DNA of 64,000 nt. Source: Sminthopsis crassicaudata. Its lineage: Eukaryota. A program made the translations under genes and the position numbers. The notes beneath the pieces were generated by a model. It was given only the letters and a program-made list of their open reading frames with translations. It searched no databases and was not told the origin of the DNA. This document shows, piece after piece, positions 11,860-35,839 of this stretch (the first letter of the stretch is position 1; the number at the start of each line of letters is the position of its first letter). The stretch covers positions 454,985,261 through 455,049,260 of the forward strand of contig NC_133620.1 in assembly GCF_048593235.1 (NCBI RefSeq), given 5' to 3'.

Positions 11860-12340
11860 ATTTTTGTTTACAAAGAATAGCTCTCTGGGTAGGGGGTAAG
11901 GGAGGGACACAGTTCAAAACCACGGGGATGGAAAACCAAGAGGTGCCAAAAATTAGAAAATTAAGTGAGAGCCCGTATGAGTTCAAATCTGGCCTCAGAC
12001 ACTTAACACTCCAAGCTGTGTGACCCTGGGCAAGTCACTTAACCCCAATTACCTCAGGGGAAAAATGAGTCTGGAAAGACTGATGCTGAGTGAAGTAAGC
12101 AGAACCAGAATATCGTGACCAGTAACAACAAATTATGTAATGATCAACTAGACGGACTTGGCTCTTCTCAACAATGAGGTGATTCAAGGCAATTCCAACG
12201 GAATTGGGATGGAAACCATCCAGAGAGAAGCCTGAGTGGAGATCCAAGCATATTTTCATTTTTGTTTTTTGTTTGCTTTTTCTTTCTTGTGGATTTTCCC
12301 CTTTTGGTTTGACTTTTCTTGCATAACATAAAGGGAAATG

Positions 12341-12378
<38 letters not shown>

Positions 12379-13240
12379 AGGCAATTAGGGTTAAGTGACT
12401 TGCCCAGGGTCACACACCTAGGAATGTAAATGTGTTTAAAAGGATTGCACATATTTAACCTGTCAGATTGCTTGCTCAGGTAGAAAGGGAGAAAAATTTA
12501 CCAAAATGAATGCTGACATATTTCTGTGTTTAACATATATGGGACTACTTGCCATTTAGGGCAGAAGGTAGGGGAAGGGGGGGGATTGGAACGCAAGGTT
12601 TTGCAAGGGCTAATGCTGAAGAATTGTCCATGCCCATGTTTTGAAAAATAAAAAGCTTTAATAAAGGGGAAAAAAGAAAATGAATGTTAAAAAACTCTAT
12701 TTCCATGTATTTGGAAAAGTAAAATACTATTGGGGGAAAAAGTTCAGGAAAATTAAAAAAAATTTTTTTAATTAAATGAAGGTGTATGGGGGCTGATGTG
12801 AGAACTAAGGGAGAAGTGAGGCTGGGAGGGACAGAAAAGGAGGCCTGGGGCAGGAAGGGCAATGTTTGGAGAAAAGAAGGGGTAATGATTTTTCTTGTGT
12901 AGCAAGACAATTGTATAAATATGTACACATATATTGTGTTTAACATATACTTTAACATATTTAACATGTACAAAACTACCTCCCATCTCGGGGAGGAGGG
13001 GAAAAGTTAGAACAGAAGGTTTCCAATTGTCAATGCTGAAAAATTACCCATGCATATATCTTGTAAATAAAAAGCTATAATAATAAAAAAGGGGGGCAGC
13101 TAGGTGGCGCAGTGGATAGAGCACCAGCCCTGAATTCAGGAGGACCCGAGTTCAAACCTGGTCTCAGACACTTAACAATTACTAGCTGTGTGACCCTGGG
13201 CAAGTCACTTAACCCCAGCCTCAGGGGGGAAAAAAAAAAA
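11860..13240. mobile_element. Cluster of L1 3'-end fragments and WSINE1 copies between SCARF1 and RILP
   Basis: Several marsupial L1 3' UTR tails (+). WSINE1 copies at ~11979-12065 (+), 12343-12420 (-, 5'-truncated, T32) and 13092-13230 (+, full length). Confidence 0.85.
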
Positions 13241-13829
13241 CAAAGAAAGAAAAGAAGGGCTATTGAGGAGGATGCTTTTCACCCCAAGGTAGGAGGAGAA
13301 TCATCATGGATGAGTGTGAGTGCTACAGTGAGGCCCCCCCACCATGAGGCAGAATCTCAGACTGTTGTTTCTTCCCTCCTCCTTTCCCAGGACACATCCT
13401 GCCCCACCTAGGGACTCTTCCACTAATACTTAGGGCCTAGAGAGCAGAGCGACAGGGATAGGAAGACAAGCAGTGGGGAGTCCATGATGGGAGGGCTCAG
13501 AGTGGAAGGATGCTGGCCCAGGGGAGGAAGGAATGAGATACTTGGGATCCTTCAGCCCAGAAAACTCAAGCTCTGAAGGGAAAACTGAAGGACGAATCTG
13601 CTTTCAGGTTAATACTGAGTAACCCCCTGCCCCCCCCCCCCACTAAGTTCCAACATCCATCCTGTCTCTCCTCCTCCAGAAAATAGACCAAAGTGGGAAA
13701 CAGACACATTAAAATAGGTCCCTGTTTAAGGGCTGAGGCTACAATAGATCAGTCAGTCAGTCAACAGACATTTATTAGGCACTTACTACAAGTCAAGCAT
13801 TCAAGGGGCTAGGGACACATTCTACCATG

Positions 13830-13835
13830 TTTATT
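13830..13835 (-). terminator. RILP polyadenylation signal AATAAA
   Basis: AATAAA on the minus strand 35 nt after the RILP TGA. Confidence 0.7.
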
Positions 13836-13870
13836 GAAAATACTGAGCCAGGGCCTGGTCAGGCTGGTGG

Positions 13871-14541
13871 TCACAGGGTGGCCCCAGAGGGCTCGGGGGG
13901 AGCTGGGGGCAGCTCCTTCTCTTCCACTTTCAGCTCCCCCTGGGAGCAGGGGGGCTCCCCAGCTGGTGAGAGTTCCGCAGAGGGCTCTGAGCTCCCCCGA
14001 TACCAAAGGCTGAAGCTAGGGGAGAGCCAAGAGCATGTGTCATGAGCAAGGTCACATCTCAGAAGATATCCGGACCAAGCCCCCCCCACAGGGAAGGCGA
14101 CAGCCCAAAACTGAGCCTCACTCAAGGTCACACCAAGGAAGGAAATGTACCAAGAGTGCTGGGGCAGGGAAGGCAAGCGGGCGAGAAGAGAGAAATAATG
14201 GAGCGTTTGGGAGAAATTAGACTGAAATTGGAAAACTTTGGGGTGAACAGGGTGGGGAGGAAAGCCCTAATTGTCCCTCCTTGATTTTTAGCCGGGTGAC
14301 CTCATCCCCCCAACCCCAACGTACAAACTCCTGATTCTGGATTCAGGGGGTGCAGGCGGGCTTGCCCCATCCACACCAGAGGGGGGTAGCCATGAGGTTT
14401 CTTCATCTTCATCATCATCATCATCTTCACTGAGGCAGAAGAGAAAAACTGGATGAGGGTCAGATGATATTCTTCCCCCAATCCCTCACCTGTGTAAACA
14501 TCCTTGACCTGCGTATTTATGAGGGCCCAGTGCTCATCCCT

Positions 14542-14579
<38 letters not shown>

Positions 14580-17500
14580 TGGCACAAATCTCATGAGGCT
14601 CAATTGTAAATCTGTAAAATGGGTACTTGTACGGCTTGTACTGCCAGTGGTGCTGGAGAAGGCACTTTGAAAACCAAACCACCCAGTATTATCAAGTGAA
14701 CTATTTATCGGTTAAGTTGTTCCTCCAGGGAAGGAAGATCTACGTTCTCCAACCTTCCTCCCCCATCCCTGGAACAGCCCCCAGGATCTGGTGGAAACTG
14801 AATCAGGCAGGAGGAACTGGCTTAGAACTCCAACTCATATTTGTCATGTGACCGTGTGACTTTTCTGGATGGCAGAATCAGGAAGAACGGAGTTCAAATC
14901 CTGCCTTAGACATTGACTAACTCTGTGACCCTGAGCATTTCAGCCTCAGTTTCCTCATCTGTAAAATGGAGAGAATAGCAGCCCGCTCGTAGAGTTCTTG
15001 GGAGGATGCAATGAGATCATTGTCAAGGTCTTTGCAAATCTGAAGGCACCAAAGAAGTGCTGACCATCACCATCATCCTTATTAAAATCTCTCTCAACTT
15101 CAGCTTCCTCATCTGTAGAATGGGTATCTGATTGTTCCTTTCTCCACAGATTTGAGCATCACATGAGACAGAAAATGCTTTGTGAACCTTAATTCACAAA
15201 CTGCCTAGAGGCATCATTTTATACTCGTATGTGTGTGTATAATATTATTACATATTACATGTACATTATTATTTTTTCCTGAGGCTGGGGTTAAGTGACT
15301 TGCCCAGGGTCACACAGCCAGGAAGTGTTAAGTGTCTGAGAGCAGATTTGAACTCGGGTCCTCCTGAATTCAGGGCTGATGCTCCATCCACTGCGCCACC
15401 TAGCTGCCCCCTTATGTATATTATTATTATTGTTAAGACACCTAACAGGAGCTTCCATCTCCTTCTCTATAAACCAGGGCTAATGACGCCACTTGCACCT
15501 CCGGGAGAGCCCTCGGACCAGGTGAAAATACTAATAAAATGTAAATGAATGCACGACTCGGGGACCTCCCCTCCGAAAAAAGAAAGTGGCAAAGCAGAGC
15601 TGAAGGGGAGGGGACCCCGCCTAGCCTTTAGTCTGGCAGGCCCCGAGAATGCAGAGGGCTCCGAGGCCGGCGGCGGGGGCCGAGGCGTAGCTCTCTCCCA
15701 GCCCGAGCCCCCCCTGCTCAGGAGGGAGGCAGCCAGGCGGCCGGAGCTGCGCGAGCACCCTCACCAAGGGGCGGGGCCGGCCGGGGCGGGGCCGCCTCAC
15801 CTGCTCCCGGGCTCACCCTCCGTGCCCAGCATCTTGGCCTTGATCTTCCTCCTCTGCTTCCTCACGGTGGACTTCATGGCGCTGAGCAGGAGCCCAGGGA
15901 CCCGGCGGTCCGTCAGCAGCTCCCTGGAAGGGAGAGAGCAGGGCCCTCAGTCTGCAGCTGGCTCCCCTCTGGTGAAGGAGGCTGGGAGAAGCTGCCCCGA
16001 GCTCCGGGATCCCGGGGCCAGCTCTGCCGCCCAGTGAGGGCAAAGGAAGCCTGTGAGTGCCCCCTGCCGTGGCTTTTGGTCGGTCCTCGGTAATGCGAGG
16101 GAGCCCTAGCTGGGAAAGAGAATCGCCAAGTTGTAGCAGACAGGGGGGACACCGGGAACCTGGCTGAGGGCCCCACTCGGATCCAGGAGAAGACGGCAGG
16201 GGGTGGGGGTGGGAAGGGGTACTAGCAATCCGCTTCTCCGCGGGCACAAGGCTCTCTTCTAGGGGCTGGATGGGGGAGGAGCCGGGGGGAGGGGGTATCC
16301 CAGCCTGCCTGCCCCTCCCCCCTCCGCCCACCGATGGTAATAATTCAGCTCTTCCTGCAGCAAGAACACGTTGGCTTTCAGCTCGTTGCGCTCCTGCAGA
16401 ATCTGGCTGACCTCCTCTCTGCTGAAGCCGTCGGGCTTCCCCGGAGCCCGGGGCTCAGCGTGGGGCAGCCGGGAACCCGCCTGTGGGGGACGGAGAAATG
16501 GGAGGGTCTCTGGGTCTCGTGTCATTGCCAGCGGCCTGACCTCCTGCCACCCCAGCGGGGGTGCCGGCGTGGGACCCAGCAAGCAGAGGGGGAATGTCGG
16601 GGCAGAGGGGGAATGCCGGGGGCAGAGGGGCAGTGCCGGGGGCAGAGGGGGAGTGCCCGGGGGGCAGAGGGGCAGTGCCGGGGGCAGAGGGGGAATGCCG
16701 GGGGTGCAGAGGGACAGTGCCGGGGGCAGAGGGGGAGTGCCCGGGGCAGAGAGGCAGTGCCGGGGGCAGAGGGGGAGTGCCCGGGGGCAGAGGGGCAGTG
16801 CCCGGGGGCAGAGGGGGAGTGCCGGGGGCAGAGGGGGAGTGCCCGGGGGCAGAGGGGGAGTGCCGGGGGGCAGAGGGGGAATGCCGGGGGCAGAGGGGCA
16901 GTGCCGGGGGCAGAGGGGGAGTGCCGGGGGCAGAGGGGGAGTGCCCGGGGGCAGAGGGGCAGTGCCGGGGGCAGAGGGGGAATGCCGGGGGTGCAGAGGG
17001 ACAGTGCCGGGGGCAGAGGGGGAGTGCCCGGGGCAGAGAGGCAGTGCCGGGGGCAGAGGGGGAGTGCCGGGGGCAGAGGGGGAGTGCCCGGGGGCAGAGG
17101 GGGAGTGCCGGGGGCAGAGGGGGAGTGCCCGGGGGCAGAGGGGGAGTGCCGGGGGGCAGAGGGGGAGTGCCGGGGGCAGAGGGGGAGTGCCCGGGGGCAG
17201 AGGGGGAGTGCCGGGGGGCAGAGGGGGAGTGCCCGGGGGCAGAGGGGGAGTGCCGGGGGCAGAGGGGGAGTGCCCGGGGGCAGAGGGGGAGTGCCGGGGG
17301 GCAGAGGGGGAATGCCGGGGGGGGGGGGCAGAGGGGGAATGCCGGGGGGGGGCAGAGGGGGAGTGCCGGGGGGCAGAGGGGCAGTGCCGGGGGGCAGAGA
17401 GGCAGTGCCGGGGGCAGAGGGGGAGTGCCGGGGGCAGAGGCCCTCGAAGCTTCCGGCAGCACCGTCCCGGGCTCTCTGGGGAGATCGGAAGGGCCGGAGC

Positions 17501-18365
17501 CGGCTGGGCTGGAGAACAGAAGTGGGAACGGGGCGTGGAGCTCGGGGTGGCCGCCTCCCACCCCCGCGCGGCGGAGAAGTGACTGGGTTAGTGGGAACTG
17601 CTGGGGCCCCACTCGCCTCCGCGCACGCCTCGGGCGCCTCCGGGGCCCCGGGCTGGGCTGGCGCCCCCTCCGCCGCGGCTGCCCTCTGAAGCGCTGCCCG
17701 CAGCTGGACCTGCACGGCGGCCAGCTTGCATCGGAGCTCCCCGTTCACCCTCAGGAGTCTCTGCAGCTGCTCCTGCAACTGTGGGCGGGGATGCGCTAGG
17801 CCCGGGCCAGCCCCGGTTCCCGCCCCCTCCCTCGGCCGCGCCCCCGCCCCCTCCCTCGGCTCCCCCCCAGCCCCGATCTCACCGCCTCCGCCTCCTGCCC
17901 CCGCAGCTGCAGCTCCCGGCTCTGCGCGCGGAGCTGGTCCCGCTGCCGGTCGGTCACTTGCTTCAGCTGCCGCAGCAGGAGCCGCTCGTCTGGGGGACAA
18001 GGAGCTCGGGCTCAGGGCTCCCGGGGCTGCAGCGCGCTCCCCCTCCCGGCCGCCCCGGCTCCCGGCGGCCTCTCACCGGGCGGACCGTCCCGCAGCCGCT
18101 CGTTCTCGCCCCGCAGCTCTGGCGGGGGGCTCCTCGGGGCCCGGCCTCCCGTGCCCTCTCCCTCCTTTTCCCCCTCCTCGAGCTCGAGGGGCGCCCCCGC
18201 CGCCGCCCCCTCCAGCAGCTCCAGCGCCCGCACCACATGGGGCACCAGCCGAGCTACCGTCTCGGACCCGAAGCGGCTGGCGAGCCCCTGCAGCTCGGTG
18301 CCCAGCGCCCCGGCCAGCTGGTACACGAACTCCGGGCTGGGCCGGGCCGCCCCCGAAGGCTCCAT
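13871..18365 (-). CDS. RILP: Rab-interacting lysosomal protein, 7 coding exons, 359 aa
   Basis: Exons: 18077-18365, 17883-17989, 17617-17778 (GC donor), 16332-16480, 15801-15923, 14325-14429, 13871-14015; total 1080 nt, open. Motifs: VYQLAGALGTELQGLASRFG (RH1), LRQLKQVTDRQRD, FSREEVSQILQERNELKANVFLLQEEL and KIKAKMLG (RH2), FSLWYRG. Confidence 0.93.
14545..14577. repeat. (AC)16 microsatellite in RILP intron 5
   Basis: Perfect AC run. Confidence 0.95.
14887..16138. other. Duplicated segment, copy B (native RILP intron 4 / exon 5 / intron 5)
   Basis: Direct repeat of 1-1254, offset ~14.885 kb. Confidence 0.97.
15272..15411 (-). mobile_element. WSINE1-like SINE (paralogous to 386-524)
   Basis: Same insertion site and flanks as the copy-A SINE. 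Confidence 0.85.
16583..17440 (+). repeat. G-rich minisatellite (VNTR), ~42 copies of ~20 bp CAGAGGGGGAGTGCCGGGGG
   Basis: I counted 42 CAGAG cores. Units vary in G-run length and include AAT/CAG variants. A variant block GTGCAGAGGGACAG recurs at 16704 and 16991. Confidence 0.97.
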
Positions 18366-18805
18366 GCGGCCCGGAGCCCGGCCTGGGACTGGGGCAGGAG
18401 GGCAATCCGCCCGGGCCCCCGGAAGCCGAAGACTCCGGAGTTGTGGGAGGAGCCACGGCCCCGCCTCCGGGCGACCGAGGTCAGCTCCCCCTTCCAGCGG
18501 AGGCCGCAGCAGCCAGGGCCAAGTGTCAGCCCGGGCTCCACCCCGCCCTGGGCTGGGGAGAGCCCGAGGGGAGGGCCCGGGGACTGGCGGCTAACGGAGG
18601 GGCGGGCCCAGTGCCGGAGCCCGGAACCGCGGTACATAAAGTGGGGTAAGAGATCCCTTCAGACCTCTCGCCCCCCAGGAGCAGAGCGGGGCTCGGGGGT
18701 GCCCTCATCACCCTGCCGAGGAGGGGCCAGTTGGGGTGAGGAGCCCGAAGCCGGCAAAGCGTCCCCTCCCCCCAAAAAGCGGAGACAGGAGTAATTTGTA
18801 CAAAA

Positions 18806-18811
18806 TTTATT
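18806..18811 (-). terminator. PRPF8 polyadenylation signal AATAAA
   Basis: AATAAA on the minus strand ~120 nt after the PRPF8 TAG. Confidence 0.8.
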
Positions 18812-18933
18812 GTCACGCTCGCGCCCAGGCGCGGGCCTCAACGTTGCACAAGACATAAAAACACGAGCACAAAATCCGGGAACGGAGCCGGGCTGCTGAA
18901 TGTCAACAGTGGCGGGGGCGGGGGGCGGGGCGT

Positions 18934-33856
<14,923 letters not shown>

Positions 33857-34688
33857 GTCCGGAGAACCTGGAGAACGGAACCGGAACTCAGGGTCTGAAA
33901 CAAGAGGGTAAGGCCCGCCCACAAAGTGCCCAAAGCCTTTCCCCAACCCCCATTTCTAGACTAAGATAAATGTAATGGTCTTCTCCCAACTCAAACAGTA
34001 ATCTCCATCACGGCCCCAGGGCAGGCTGGCCTGGCCCCCTGGTTCTCTTCCGCTCTGGCTGCGGACCCTCCATCGCTGCCCTTCCCAGCCCCAGACTCTC
34101 TGCAAGACCTTCTGCATCCCCTCCCCCCAACTCCCGCCAACGCCACGCCCCGTTTTGGGCACTAGAGCGTGCGCCCGGCCCACAGTGAGGGTTTGATGGA
34201 AGCTGCCAGGCGGGGAGGGGGAGGGGAACGGGAGACGAGGCCTACCCTCAGGGAGCTCCCCATCTGACCCACTTTCTCTCACCGTGAACAGCTTCTCAAA
34301 TTCGTTCCAAACCCTGTCCTCTTCACCCAGAAGCCCTCGACTCCATATGCTCCCGGCCAGCCTCAAGCCCACTGCGCATGCTCTCTGTTCTACACACCCC
34401 TTTTAACCCACAGCCCCCTTATCCCTCACTCAGGACCCCCCGCTTCATGGCGCATGCCCACTGCGTATCTCTCCCAGAAACGAGACTCCGCGCGCTCCCT
34501 CCATCCCCACAGCGCGTGCGCGCCCCCTCCCTCCACACTGCAGCCACAAGCCCCAGCATCCCCCCTCCCCCACACCTCTATTTCTCCTTCACTTCTTCGT
34601 GCAAACCACACCGCTCCCGCGCGCCCCTGCCCAGTCCAGCCTCCCGGATCCCGCACGTGTCACCAGCCCTTTACTCTGCTTTACTTAC

Positions 34689-34760
34689 CCCACAGGACCG
34701 GGCAGACACTTTGCTGTTTCTACGAAAACGCAATGGCGGCAATCCTACGTCCGCCTCACG
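34689..34760 (-). other. PRPF8: PRPF8 non-coding exon 1 (5' end approximate)
   Basis: Consensus donor GGG|GTAAGT at 34689/34688. The matching acceptor (ttctccag) is at 33867, 11 nt before the ATG. Confidence 0.7.
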
Positions 34761-35839
34761 TTCCCAACGCCCGGAAATACGCAAGGAACAACTGCGTGGG
34801 GGGAGGGGAAAAATAAATTCCCATCCAATCGGCGCCGACCGAAAAAGATGAAGGACGATTCTAACCAATAATAACCAAGATTCGGATTAAGTGGGCGGGA
34901 CCATATGTCGGAGTGGCTTTGCTCCCGAAAATGGGCGGGAAGATTTGGGACTAAGCTCCGCCTCTCCCATTTGCGCTCTCCCTCCCCCTTGTAGTTCTGG
35001 CCGGGCCCCATCTTCAGGTCCTTGGGAAAAGCCGCTTTCCGACAAATCTGTGGTATTACAGTCTGCATAACTTAGGCAAAGGTTTCTGGTTCTGCCAGCC
35101 GGGAAGTCGGAACCCTCCACTGGCCGGAAGCCCGGTCTGGTCCGACCTGGCGGTGGGCCTGGGCAGCTCACCTGGAGCCTCAGCGTCCCCAGACGGCGGA
35201 AAGAGTGAGGAGAGAAGCAGCGGCCCGGCCGGGAGAGCGGCCCACCGAACAAACCGGAACAGCCGCTCTGAGAAACCTCCCCTCGTGTCCCATGGATACC
35301 GTAACCATGAGGACGATGCCGGCATTTGTCCTGCGCTCCAAGGTTGGCAGAAGGCCATTAGAAGCTCCTAAGGCCCGGGGGAGGTAGGAGCCGTGGAGTT
35401 TATTATTCCCATTTTACAGCTGGGGAAACTGAGGCTCAGATTAATTCGTGGGAGTCTGTTGGCTCCGTGGTTGCCTGCCTTCTCCCTGTCTCTTTCATGA
35501 CCGGATTTTTCTTTTTCCCGAGGACACACCGAAGACTCCGCCCTAGCATTCCAGCCTTCTGGAGTCCCAGCTCCTCCTCTAGTTAGTTTCATCTTGTGTA
35601 AAATGGTAATAATAGCTCATCTGTGAGCTTTCCAGAACACTTTCCTGGCTGTAATCAAATCATCAACCAGCGTTTATTAAGTTAGGTGGTTAGAGCACTG
35701 GGTCAGGAGGACCTGAGTTCAAATCCGCCCAAGTCACGTAAATTTCTGTGTGCTTCGGGTTCCTCATCTGAACACTGGGAGCAATAATAGCGCCTATTCC
35801 CAGAGCTGCCATAAGGATCAAAGGAGATAATATTTGTTG

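Noticed and set aside
16583-17440. Regular array that might suggest a CRISPR
   Set aside because: Head-to-tail units without unique spacers, in a mammalian intron.
16334-17799. Several 385-492 aa ORFs on both strands
   Set aside because: They are translations of the stop-free GC-rich VNTR. Only the exon-3-frame read-through is kept as a hypothesis.
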